The notes under the pieces were generated by a model. That model worked only from the letters and a program-made list of their open reading frames with translations, searched no databases and was not told where the DNA came from. 59,888 nucleotides of DNA from a virus (Duplodnaviria; Caudoviricetes), in the IMG/VR virus record IMGVR_UViG_3300025132_004452, positions 1-59,888 of that record, one strand, 5' to 3'. This document shows positions 1 through 8,586 of this stretch, in pieces (position 1 is the stretch's first letter; each line of letters opens with the position of its first letter). The position numbers were made by a program, and so were the translations under genes.

Positions 1-642
1 CCAGTATTGTAGTCCATCTTTTAAACCACCTGTGAATAAGTTAGCACATTTACCTGGGTTATTACTAGTTGCATTGTAAATCGTTTGTACGTCTTCTAAT
101 GCTAAAGCCTTGTTCCATATTGCTACTTCGTCTATATCTCCTGTAAAATACTCGGAAGGATCAGTATCAGCACCAATTAAAGTATCTTTAGTTTCGTTGT
201 TTAAAACGGCTGTAACTCCAGTTGTTGTTACCACTAAACTTCCATTTATATATAGCTTTAAGTTACCTGAAGACACTTCTCTAGTAAAAGCAGCATGATG
301 CCAATTACCATCGTTAAAAGTTGTTGCAGGGGATAATGCGTACACATAAGCTCCTCCAGCTCTTAATTGAACCGCTATTCCATTATTAGTTCTTCTAAAT
401 AAAGCCCAAGAAGAGTTTGCTGTTGAATAATTAGCTCCTCTTCCTACTATATGCATTTGACTTCCACTATTACTAGTTTTAAACCAAGCTGAAACACTAA
501 TATCACCAGTCATTTGAAGCTGAGTTGGATTACCAGCTGATACATAACTTTGACCATCAAACTCCATAGCAAAATTATTATCTATGAGTTCTAGTGGAAC
601 ATCTGCTGCTGCACCGAGAAAACTAAAGGGGAATGGAAACAT
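1..642 (-). CDS. LamG/concanavalin-A-like domain protein (tail fibre/spike), runs off window start
   Basis: ATG at 642, open frame to base 1: MFPFPFSFLG...FAMEFDGQSYV...ISVSAWFK...WHHAAF...LYING...ISVSAWFK and WHH/LYxNG are LamG-3 hallmarks; not in the ORF track because it is incomplete. Confidence 0.8.
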   Translation of the reverse strand, partial: MFPFPFSFLGAAADVPLELIDNNFAMEFDGQSYVSAGNPTQLQMTGDISVSAWFKTSNSGSQMHIVGRGANYSTANSSWALFRRTNNGIAVQLRAGGAYVYALSPATTFNDGNWHHAAFTREVSSGNLKLYINGSLVVTTTGVTAVLNNETKDTLIGADTDPSEYFTGDIDEVAIWNKALALEDVQTIYNATSNNPGKCANLFTGGLKDGLQYW

Positions 643-657
643 ATATTATGTTTTTGA

Positions 658-1662
658 TTATTTTAAATCTAGAGTTGCGTTAGCATAATAATGTGTAGTA
701 GTACCGTTGTATATTAGTGTTATTATATCTATAGCATCATTATCTGTAGTTAATATTGGTTTACTACCTCCTGGATACTTAACTGAAGTTGGGTATGTTA
801 TAGTTCCTGCAGCTCCTGAAGAAGGTTGTTTAACTTGTAATATATACGTAGCTCCAGATTTTGGATTACTTAAAGACAAAGTGTTTGCACCACTAGCTAA
901 TTGTATGTATTGAATATTACCGTTGTCCCAGTCTATTGTAGTACCTGCTAAAGGTGTACCATGTTGTTCTGTATAACCTTGACCAGTTATTTTTAAACTA
1001 GTTCTTAAAGTTGATTCTCCACCTCTTACAATTTGAAAATCTTCAGTACCAACTGTTGAAGCGTCTGCTAAATATACATTAAAAGTATTATCAACATTAG
1101 GAACTATATTTGAGGCGCTAGAGTTTCTAGCTGCTAAAGTAATAGAGTTAGATCCTGTAGGTCTAATTTTATTTCCAATAGTAACAATACCTGCATTTGA
1201 TGTGTTGTAATCTCCAGCTTGTTGACCAATACTAATGTTAGTAGGTGCGGCATAACTAGTCTGTCCTATGGCTAATCCAGAGACTTTACTCCAAGTTGCG
1301 CCACCAATCGCTATTGCCGAAGCCCCATTAGTTTGAGCGTTATTACCTATAGTAATACAATTACTATCTGTGACAGGTCCAGCGTTTAATCCTAAAGTAA
1401 AATTACCATTAGTATTTAATGTAAAAATATCTGAAGAATCTCCAGCGTTTCTAAATTGTAAAGTACCAGCTAGTAAAGCTTTTCTACCTGTAGTTATCGT
1501 ACCATCTACTGAATATATAGTAGGTATTAAAGATGATAAACCTGTAGCTAATTGGGCTAATGTATACTGATTATTAGTATTAGCTGTAGTATCGTATCCT
1601 ACTATAAATGTATTATCAGTTGTTGCTCCTGTTGAAAACTCTGAGAATTTTTTTCCTGCCAT
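658..1662 (-). CDS. Tail fibre-like protein with YadA-head-like repeats
   Basis: Repeating (I/A)xIG units (CITIG, AIAIG, GLAIG, NISIG); C-terminal IDWDNGN...PSSVKxPGG-type fibre domain. Confidence 0.65.
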   Translation of the reverse strand: MAGKKFSEFSTGATTDNTFIVGYDTTANTNNQYTLAQLATGLSSLIPTIYSVDGTITTGRKALLAGTLQFRNAGDSSDIFTLNTNGNFTLGLNAGPVTDSNCITIGNNAQTNGASAIAIGGATWSKVSGLAIGQTSYAAPTNISIGQQAGDYNTSNAGIVTIGNKIRPTGSNSITLAARNSSASNIVPNVDNTFNVYLADASTVGTEDFQIVRGGESTLRTSLKITGQGYTEQHGTPLAGTTIDWDNGNIQYIQLASGANTLSLSNPKSGATYILQVKQPSSGAAGTITYPTSVKYPGGSKPILTTDNDAIDIITLIYNGTTTHYYANATLDLK

Positions 1663-1673
1663 TTTATTTTATT

Positions 1674-1847
1674 TTAAGCGCCCGAAGACTGTATTAATAA
1701 TTGTAAGCCTTGTTCACTTTTTACTAAAGCGTTTGTACCTATACCTGTCTCTAATATAATATCCCATGAGCCAATAGGTAAACTAGATCCATCTAATATT
1801 ACAGGTTCGTAAACAGTTTTATTACCAATACCAATCTCTCCAGCCAT
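1674..1847 (-). CDS. Small hypothetical protein (57 aa), probably structural
   Basis: ATG 1847 to TAA 1674, MAGEIGIGNKTV...; fills the gap between co-oriented genes. Confidence 0.6.
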   Translation of the reverse strand: MAGEIGIGNKTVYEPVILDGSSLPIGSWDIILETGIGTNALVKSEQGLQLLIQSSGA

Positions 1848-1850
1848 ATC

Positions 1851-2399
1851 TTAATATAATGCAAGTACATCATTAGCGGATAAACCGCCTTGAGTTACTC
1901 TTGTTACTAATATAGGTAATACAGTTCCTCCAGAAAGTGATTGAAAGTTAGCTAATCTACCAGACTCCATTACAACTGATAAATCAGACAAACCAGCTGC
2001 GGCGCCTACAAATAAACAAACTCCTCTTTGTTGAGTGTTTGGTATATCTATATCAACTACTTTTACAGCTAAGCTAGACCCACTACCACCAGAAGCTGCC
2101 GGAGTTGATGCTAAAGCATACCCAGCACCTGATTCATATGTAAGTGGTGCTGATATAGGTTTTTGTTCTAATCTTGTTACACCGCCTGCGCTGTTAATAG
2201 CTTTAACTAAAAACTTAGCAGAAGTACCAGAACCAGCTGCTAAAGTTATTTCATCTTCTAAAGCATAACCTGTTCCAGCTGTGGTTATTTCTAACCCACC
2301 ATTTGTTGCGCTCCAATTAATTGCACCAACTACAATGTTCACAGCATCATGCGCGAATACCCTAGCTTGTGCAGCATCGTTTCCTTGTATACCGTTCAT
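1851..2399 (-). CDS. Putative structural protein
   Basis: Gly/Ala/Thr-rich; GTGY repeats shared with 48471..49559; C-terminal LPILVTRV motif. Confidence 0.55.
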   Translation of the reverse strand: MNGIQGNDAAQARVFAHDAVNIVVGAINWSATNGGLEITTAGTGYALEDEITLAAGSGTSAKFLVKAINSAGGVTRLEQKPISAPLTYESGAGYALASTPAASGGSGSSLAVKVVDIDIPNTQQRGVCLFVGAAAGLSDLSVVMESGRLANFQSLSGGTVLPILVTRVTQGGLSANDVLALY

Positions 2400-2402
2400 T
2401 TT

Positions 2403-2855
2403 TTAATTTTTTATTTTTGTTATTTTTTCTGCGCCCCTAGATCCAAAGTACGCTACATATACTGTAATAAGTAAAGCCTCCATCAATGAAACCCAACCTG
2501 TTTTTATTTCTAATAGTACAGTTGAATCTAGTACTATAAATATTGTCATTACTAAAGTTAAAAATACAAGTGTCATAGGTCTAGTGTTTTTACTTAACCA
2601 AGAATCACTTTTCATATCACTCTCCCATCTAGCTGATATATTATTCATCTCTGCTATGTCCTGTTCTAAAAGCTTTATTGCTATCTCTTTATCTTCAGCC
2701 TTAATACTATCATCACTTGATATAAGATTTTTTACTATACCAAACGCACCGTTATCAGGTAGCACATCGCCTATACTATCAAGAATTTTAGGAGCCTTCT
2801 TTGTTAAAAAAGCTCCTACTTTAGTATCTTTAAATTTTTTCTTTTGCTTACTCAC
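2403..2855 (-). CDS. Putative holin (RW..D..SDSWL.KN.RP type)
   Basis: RWESDMKSDSWLSKNTRP followed by two hydrophobic helices and YFGSRG. Confidence 0.65.
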   Translation of the reverse strand: MSKQKKKFKDTKVGAFLTKKAPKILDSIGDVLPDNGAFGIVKNLISSDDSIKAEDKEIAIKLLEQDIAEMNNISARWESDMKSDSWLSKNTRPMTLVFLTLVMTIFIVLDSTVLLEIKTGWVSLMEALLITVYVAYFGSRGAEKITKIKN

Positions 2856-2856
2856 T

Positions 2857-3309
2857 TTATTTCTTTGTAGGAGACATTGCTTTTATGTATTTATCTTTAG
2901 TTTCTCCTGTTAAACCAGCGGCATCAGCTTGTCTCTCTGCTTTTGAAACTCTATCTGTTGCTTGCTCTTTTATAGGTTTGTAAGGTTTTTCATCACCTGC
3001 ATATTTTCCAGGACTTGAGTTTTTATTTATCTTGTCTTGTCTAGCTTGTTCCCATCCTGACATTTTACCATCTTTATCCAGGTCACCAAGCATTTTACTA
3101 GCTGGTGTTTTATAAGACATACACATTTTACCCTTTTTATATAAAGGATGAGGTTTAGATTTTAGCTGAGCTGGTTTACCATATAACATTGCAGGTGGTG
3201 CTAATTCTACATCTTCTTCTTTTTCAAGTTCAATGTCTTTAGTTGTGTCTTTTGTTGCAAGTTTTTTGTACTCAAAACCTGTTTTAAATTTATCATCTTC
3301 TTCAGCCAT
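2857..3309 (-). CDS. Lys-rich low-complexity protein with EF-hand-like DLDKDGKMSGWE
   Basis: ORF track; composition; DxDxDG motif. Confidence 0.6.
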   Translation of the reverse strand: MAEEDDKFKTGFEYKKLATKDTTKDIELEKEEDVELAPPAMLYGKPAQLKSKPHPLYKKGKMCMSYKTPASKMLGDLDKDGKMSGWEQARQDKINKNSSPGKYAGDEKPYKPIKEQATDRVSKAERQADAAGLTGETKDKYIKAMSPTKK

Positions 3310-3676
3310 TATATTTCTTTTTTATTTTTTGTTGAATTTTTTTATTGTTAGCTTCTTTTTCTTGAGCTAATTTAGGATTACCATCCATTTCTGGACTTCT
3401 TTTTGTTATAATAGTTTTTGCAGTTCCTTTAGGTGAAAAATACATATTATCATCATCGTAGCTAAAGTCACCTGTGTCATTGCTCTCTACGTCGAACTGA
3501 TCTCTATGAACCATTTCATGATCTATAACATCTTGCATTTGCGCTGGATTTGTTAAATCCTTATGTAGTCTTATAGTACCATTGTCATTAGCAACACCTA
3601 GTACACCATCTTCCTCTAGAGTTCTATATATAGGAGTTTGATTAGTCGGATAAAAAGGTTTTATTTTAAAAGCCAT
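3302..3676 (-). CDS. Small zincin-like metallopeptidase
   Basis: GVLGVA...I.L strands followed by HEMVH (HExxH) and a downstream E (QEKEA). Confidence 0.65.
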   Translation of the reverse strand: MAFKIKPFYPTNQTPIYRTLEEDGVLGVANDNGTIRLHKDLTNPAQMQDVIDHEMVHRDQFDVESNDTGDFSYDDDNMYFSPKGTAKTIITKRSPEMDGNPKLAQEKEANNKKIQQKIKKKYNG

Positions 3677-3834
3677 TACCCTTCTTTAAAAGCTAATAAT
3701 AATTCTCTTAACCCATAACCCATAAGAACACCTGAGTATAATGGATGACCTTCTAATAATAGCATAGTACCACAAAAACCAAACGCTATAGCTTTTGAAA
3801 GTGGATGGTTTACGATTGCTTTAATCTTATTCAT
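3676..3834 (-). CDS. Small membrane protein (52 aa)
   Basis: MNKIKAIVNHPLSKAIAFGFCGTMLLLEGHPLYSGVLMGYGLRELLLAFKEG; its stop overlaps the next start. Confidence 0.6.
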   Translation of the reverse strand: MNKIKAIVNHPLSKAIAFGFCGTMLLLEGHPLYSGVLMGYGLRELLLAFKEG

Positions 3835-3839
3835 AATTA

Positions 3840-4034
3840 TTATTTTTTATTAGCTTTCATTTCTTTATCTGTTAATGGAATGTCAGCATCTGTTGTTGGG
3901 CGTAGTTTTATTGTACCATTATCACAGTAAAACTCTCTTTTTTCTTTAGCAGCTTCCTTCTCACCACCTTTTTTTTTAGCATATCCTTTTTCCCAAGCTT
4001 TCCAAGCTGCTTTACATTTGTTACCTCTAGCCAT
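3840..4034 (-). CDS. Small basic hypothetical protein
   Basis: ORF track; tight co-oriented packing. Confidence 0.6.
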   Translation of the reverse strand: MARGNKCKAAWKAWEKGYAKKKGGEKEAAKEKREFYCDNGTIKLRPTTDADIPLTDKEMKANKK

Positions 4035-4037
4035 AAC

Positions 4038-4343
4038 TTATTTCTTAGTTGAGCAACCAAAGTTTTTAGCATAGTTAGCCATTTTTACTACAGATGGCTT
4101 ATATTTATTTTTACTTTTCATTACAGCAGAAGCAGCAGAGCAAGCGTCTTTAAAACCATTCTTTTTAGCCCAAGCTGTAAACTTACCTTGATTTTTTTCT
4201 TTTATTTCTGGAAATTCTTTTTTATTTGCGGGAGAATTATTTTTCATATCTTTAATATGTTTTTCTACAATTTTAGCTTGCTTGCCATGAGCGATAACAG
4301 CTCCTTTAAGCTGCTCCACAACTTCTTCTAAATTTTTAGCCAT
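4038..4343 (-). CDS. Small basic hypothetical protein
   Basis: ORF track; C-terminal GKFTAWAK...VKMANYAKN module. Confidence 0.65.
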   Translation of the reverse strand: MAKNLEEVVEQLKGAVIAHGKQAKIVEKHIKDMKNNSPANKKEFPEIKEKNQGKFTAWAKKNGFKDACSAASAVMKSKNKYKPSVVKMANYAKNFGCSTKK

Positions 4344-4348
4344 AATTA

Positions 4349-4492
4349 TTATTTTTTATAAGGAAAGTTTTTATTAAACCAATCTTTACGATGATCACAA
4401 TTGCAACCGCCTGGTATAGTATCAGCCAACTTTTTTATACCAGTGAATTTAGTAAATCTTTCTATAGTGTCTCCTAAACCTTTGCTTTTCAT
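4349..4492 (-). CDS. Small GLGDT...CxC protein (47 aa)
   Basis: MKSKGLGDTIERFTKFTGIKKLADTIPGGCNCDHRKDWFNKNFPYKK. Confidence 0.65.
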   Translation of the reverse strand: MKSKGLGDTIERFTKFTGIKKLADTIPGGCNCDHRKDWFNKNFPYKK

Positions 4493-4493
4493 T

Positions 4494-4808
4494 TTATTGA
4501 GTAAAAGTTTTGTAACCTCCATACCCTAATAAACCAGAGCTTACGAAGCCAAGAGCATTTATACCTTTTTGAAATCTTCCTTTACCTCTAAGATCTTTAT
4601 ATGTTTTATTAGACTTAAATTCTGCTTTAGGAACTTCAAACTTAAATTTAGTGTTTTTTGACCCATCAAGAAATTTACCTTGTTTTATAGGTTTAGAATA
4701 ACCTGAAACAGCTTTTATATCGGGATGGCTTAATTCATCTTCTCTTAGTTTTACTGTGAATTTTTTAGTCTTAGGCTTTCTCTGGCCCGGGGATAATCTT
4801 GATGGCAT
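4494..4808 (-). CDS. Basic hypothetical protein with C-terminal Gly-rich hydrophobic segment
   Basis: Start moved to ATG 4808 (MPSRLSPGQ) to avoid overlap with the amidase. Confidence 0.55.
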   Translation of the reverse strand: MPSRLSPGQRKPKTKKFTVKLREDELSHPDIKAVSGYSKPIKQGKFLDGSKNTKFKFEVPKAEFKSNKTYKDLRGKGRFQKGINALGFVSSGLLGYGGYKTFTQ

Positions 4809-4809
4809 A

Positions 4810-5223
4810 TTATAAGTTTTTATATTCGTTAGTAGCGTCAAAGCTAGGACAAGCTTTATTAGCATAGTCACTGTGTGAATGTATAGTAGCTTCAGGATAC
4901 ATAGCTTTTAGCGTTTTAAGCACTGCTAGCAAACTATCTTCTTGTTCTTCTGTTCTAGTATCTTTCGGGGTCTTACCATCTACCTCAACTCCTCCACAAT
5001 AACAAATACCGATTGAATTTCGATTCTGCCCTTTACAGTGAGCCCCGATTTTAGCTACATCTCTACCTTTATATATATCACCATGTAAGTCAATATAGAA
5101 ATGATAGCCTATGTCACTCCAGCCTCTACCTTCAGTGTGCCATTTCCTAATTGTATCTACAGAAATGTTTTGGCCTTCTCTAGTAGCAGAGCAGTGAACT
5201 ATAATCTTATTAATGTTCCTCAT
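4810..5223 (-). CDS. Endolysin, N-acetylmuramoyl-L-alanine amidase (T7 lysozyme/Amidase_2 type)
   Basis: IIVHCSAT, GWSDIGYHF, GAHCKG.N..SIGICY.GG, H.D...KACPSFD. Confidence 0.95.
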   Translation of the reverse strand: MRNINKIIVHCSATREGQNISVDTIRKWHTEGRGWSDIGYHFYIDLHGDIYKGRDVAKIGAHCKGQNRNSIGICYCGGVEVDGKTPKDTRTEEQEDSLLAVLKTLKAMYPEATIHSHSDYANKACPSFDATNEYKNL

Positions 5224-5372
5224 TTTTTATTTTTTTTCATAATCAACCACTTATGAGCAGTGTAACCTATAGTTACAACAAGTAGTGTTATTTTAAGTAT
5301 TGGCTCAAGCCAATCCATCATTGTTACACCAAATGACAACGCATTTAAAATGTAAAGCTTTATGTCTTCCAC
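5220..5372 (-). CDS. Small holin-like membrane protein (50 aa, GTG start)
   Basis: Two hydrophobic segments and a basic C-tail; ATGA overlap with the amidase start. Confidence 0.55.
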   Translation of the reverse strand: MEDIKLYILNALSFGVTMMDWLEPILKITLLVVTIGYTAHKWLIMKKNKK

Positions 5373-5539
5373 TATTTCTGAGCGTTAAGAGTAGCATTTC
5401 CCTTGTACTCTGGAGAATCGAAATAAAGGTCACACTCAATATTACTATTAATAGACTTCATCTTTCTCATACCTGATTTTTTCATAGCTGGGCTTTTGTC
5501 AACTCCTGCTGGTTTTTGTTTTTTTCCGTAACTTGGCAT
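5372..5539 (-). CDS. Small basic protein (55 aa)
   Basis: MPSYGKKQKPAGVDKSPAMKK...; abuts the next gene. Confidence 0.55.
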   Translation of the reverse strand: MPSYGKKQKPAGVDKSPAMKKSGMRKMKSINSNIECDLYFDSPEYKGNATLNAQK

Positions 5540-5546
5540 AATATAT

Positions 5547-5990
5547 TTATTTTTTTTTGTAATATCCTTTCATCTTACTTGCAGCAGATGTATTAAATAC
5601 TGGATTACTATTATAACTTGAGTTTTGTTTTAATTCTCCTTTTTTTAATCCTGGTTTTATTCCAGTCTGATTAGCTATTAATTGTTCTTCCGTTAGGTTT
5701 GTGTATTCATTTGCAATACCTCCTCCGGCTATATTAGGATCTACTGGCGCTTGTGTTACAGGCTGTGCACCTTGGGCTACAGGTTTCTTTTCAGTAGCTT
5801 TTTCTATTCCTCCCATAACTAAATTACCTACTCCAGCACCTGGGTTTAAAGCTCCTTTAGCTCCACCTGCTATAGCTCCTTCAAGTCCTTCACCTGCTAA
5901 TAAAGCTCCTCCAGCTCCTGCTAATCCACCTACTAATTGTGGTATAAACTTTGCTGGTGCTGATTTTTCTTTTGATTTTTTATAACTCAT
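5547..5990 (-). CDS. Glycine-zipper-containing hypothetical protein
   Basis: LVGGLAGAGGALLAG...GAIAGGAKG. Confidence 0.6.
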   Translation of the reverse strand: MSYKKSKEKSAPAKFIPQLVGGLAGAGGALLAGEGLEGAIAGGAKGALNPGAGVGNLVMGGIEKATEKKPVAQGAQPVTQAPVDPNIAGGGIANEYTNLTEEQLIANQTGIKPGLKKGELKQNSSYNSNPVFNTSAASKMKGYYKKK

Positions 5991-6421
5991 CTTTTTTTAT
6001 CTTTATTAAGATTTTTAATAGCTACTTTTAAAACCTTGTCACTATAACTAGGTATGCCATTAGTTTTTATTTCAGGTATATCTTCTTCACCTAACATTAT
6101 TCTATACATTCTGTTTAGCAAGCGCTTAAACTTAAATGAAGCTTTATATATATGATACTTTTGAGTTGTTCTATTTCTTCTTCTCCAAACAACTATCCAA
6201 TCTTCTTTTAGTAATCTATTCCATCTTCTATTGTCCCAAGAATAAGAATAAACTCCCATTTTAAAATCTTGTTTTGTAAATAGCTCTAAACAATCTAGAT
6301 ACATTAAAAGCTCTAAGTCAGCATCATTTAAGTCATACTTTTTACAAGCCCATTTTCGTATTATACGATAATGCTTTAAAAGATTAAGTTCTTTAACCTC
6401 TACAGCTGTAAGTTTTCTCAT
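5987..6421 (-). CDS. Winged-helix (MarR-like) DNA-binding protein
   Basis: YDLNDADLELLMYL...RLLKEDWIV...IYKAS pattern resembles a MarR-type wHTH. Confidence 0.5.
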   Translation of the reverse strand: MRKLTAVEVKELNLLKHYRIIRKWACKKYDLNDADLELLMYLDCLELFTKQDFKMGVYSYSWDNRRWNRLLKEDWIVVWRRRNRTTQKYHIYKASFKFKRLLNRMYRIMLGEEDIPEIKTNGIPSYSDKVLKVAIKNLNKDKKR

Positions 6422-6678
6422 AGTACTATAACTACATCAAACTCTTTTATAACTTTATAAGTGTTTTTCTTTATCTCTATGTTAAAGCCAGCTGAACGAT
6501 CATAATATATTTTATCACCGTTTTTTATAACATTAACATCTTCACCTGTCTTAATAACTTTAGCTGTTCTATATCTAATGTCTTCTCTTTGTTTTTCAGC
6601 TAAAATTAAACCTCCTTCAGTTTTAACGGAGGTTTCTTTTATTGGATCTATAACTATATACTTACCTATTGCTTTCAT
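6418..6678 (-). CDS. groES: Co-chaperonin GroES
   Basis: MKAIGKYIVI.P...KTEGGLIL mobile loop; G.D...K.GD.I; adjacent to GroEL. Confidence 0.93.
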   Translation of the reverse strand: MKAIGKYIVIDPIKETSVKTEGGLILAEKQREDIRYRTAKVIKTGEDVNVIKNGDKIYYDRSAGFNIEIKKNTYKVIKEFDVVIVL

Positions 6679-8216
6679 GCTCGTAAGTTATTAATTACAC
6701 AATCAGTTGATAAAATAGTAGTAGCTACAGAAGCCGCATTTGTAAGTGCGCTTTTAGTAACAAGTAAAGGATCTATTATTCCGGACTTTACCATATTAAC
6801 CGTTTTTCCTGTAACCACATCTAATCCTTTACCTTTTACACTTGGAGTTTCATAATCATCAATACCAGCATTTTCCAGTATTAATCTATATGGAGCTGTT
6901 ATAGCTCTTAATAACACTTCTTCTGATAATGACTTAGGTATTATTTTTTGAGATGCATTTAATAATGCTATACCTCCTCCTGGCACTATACCTTCTTTAA
7001 TTGCGGCTTTTGTAGCACAGATAGCGTCTTCGACTCTATCTTTCTTTTCTTTTAATTCAACTTCAGAGTTAGCACCTATTTTTACAATAGCTACTTTAGC
7101 TAATAATCTAGCTAATCTTTTTTCAAGTCTTGCAACCATATTAGGATGCTTGACATTTGCTATTTGCTTTTTAATATTAACTATTAAATCATCAACAGCT
7201 TCTGGTATCTCTTCTAGTTGTAGTATAGTTTCTCCATTACCGGTTACACTTCTTAAACACTCGCCTAAGTGCTCAGGCTGTATGAGATCCATATTATCAC
7301 CTAAGTCCTCGTTTATTAAAGTAGCGCCAGTAAGTAATGCTAAATCATCTAAAGTATCTCTTTTATTTATACCGAAGGTTGGTGCATCTATTATGTTTAC
7401 TTTTATATTACCTTTAACCTTATTCATAGCAAGGGCTGTCATTACCTGAGGCTCTACGTCTGCTATGATTAATAGAGACTTATTGTTTTTTATAACATAT
7501 TCCAATACACCTTGTATTTTTCTTATGTTTTCAACTTTATTCTCTATTATAAGTACCACTGGGTTTTCTAACTCGGCCGTACCCTTTTCTTTGTTAGTAA
7601 CAAAATGACCATTAACAATGCCTTTGTCGTACTGTACTCCTTCTATTCTTTCAACAACTGTATCAGGATTTTCATGTGTTTCCATCATTACTATACCTGT
7701 TTCATCTACAGCTGCAAAAGCATCACTTATTATTTTACCTAGTTCTAAATCGTTATTAGCTGATATAGTAGCTACTTGTTTAATTGTATTTCCTTTTACG
7801 TTAGAGGAAATTTTGTCAAGATAATGCACTACTTTTTGAACAGCTAAATTAATACCTTTTTTTAAGTCTCTTGGACTTTGTGAATCGGTTACTTTATAGG
7901 CTTCTTTAAGTATAGCATGAGCCAATACTGTAGCTGTAGTCGTTCCGTCGCCTGCTTCTAATACTGTTTTTCTAGCAGCCTCTTTTAAAAGCTTAGCACC
8001 CATATTTTCTACTGGGTCTAAAAGAATAACACTATTAGCTACTGTTACTCCATCTTTTGTTATTTGTGGGCTACCACTTCCATCTTCAAGGATAACACAC
8101 TTGCCACTAGCCCCTAATGTGGAGCTAACAGCTTTAGTGAGTTTTTCTATACCTTGAAATATAGCATCTTTAGCTTCATCTCCGAAGTTAAGATGCTTTA
8201 CAATTGTTTCATTCAT
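6675..8216 (-). CDS. groEL: Chaperonin GroEL
   Basis: ITKDGVTVA, AGDGTTTATVLA, ELKEKKDRVEDA, GIVPGGG, GIIDP; lacks the GGM tail. Confidence 0.97.
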   Translation of the reverse strand: MNETIVKHLNFGDEAKDAIFQGIEKLTKAVSSTLGASGKCVILEDGSGSPQITKDGVTVANSVILLDPVENMGAKLLKEAARKTVLEAGDGTTTATVLAHAILKEAYKVTDSQSPRDLKKGINLAVQKVVHYLDKISSNVKGNTIKQVATISANNDLELGKIISDAFAAVDETGIVMMETHENPDTVVERIEGVQYDKGIVNGHFVTNKEKGTAELENPVVLIIENKVENIRKIQGVLEYVIKNNKSLLIIADVEPQVMTALAMNKVKGNIKVNIIDAPTFGINKRDTLDDLALLTGATLINEDLGDNMDLIQPEHLGECLRSVTGNGETILQLEEIPEAVDDLIVNIKKQIANVKHPNMVARLEKRLARLLAKVAIVKIGANSEVELKEKKDRVEDAICATKAAIKEGIVPGGGIALLNASQKIIPKSLSEEVLLRAITAPYRLILENAGIDDYETPSVKGKGLDVVTGKTVNMVKSGIIDPLLVTKSALTNAASVATTILSTDCVINNLRA

Positions 8217-8242
8217 TTGATTAAATTAAATTAGATTTGGTT

Positions 8243-8527
8243 TTACTCGAATGTTTTTATTACTTTAGGTCCTTTTAAAAATTCTAGTTTTTTAAGATAA
8301 TGTTCTATAGATGCATCTATTGCTTGTTCAGCTCCAGATATTGTTTCTCTACGAGTAACATCTATCCAATCATCTGATTCCATATCTTTATATTCAGTTT
8401 GTAAAAATCCATTTGGTAACTGTACAATTCTCCAGTTTTTCTTTTGGGTTATATGTTTCCAAAGGTTGATCACTCTTTGATCGGGTTGTGTAGCAGCTCT
8501 AAAGCCGCTGGTGTATAAAAACGTCAT
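8243..8527 (-). CDS. Hypothetical protein
   Basis: ORF track; directly upstream of groEL. Confidence 0.7.
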   Translation of the reverse strand: MTFLYTSGFRAATQPDQRVINLWKHITQKKNWRIVQLPNGFLQTEYKDMESDDWIDVTRRETISGAEQAIDASIEHYLKKLEFLKGPKVIKTFE

Positions 8528-8586
8528 GTTATTTGGTTTTATGTTTAACGTTGGTTATTTATACTATCACTTGATAGTTCGGTTAT

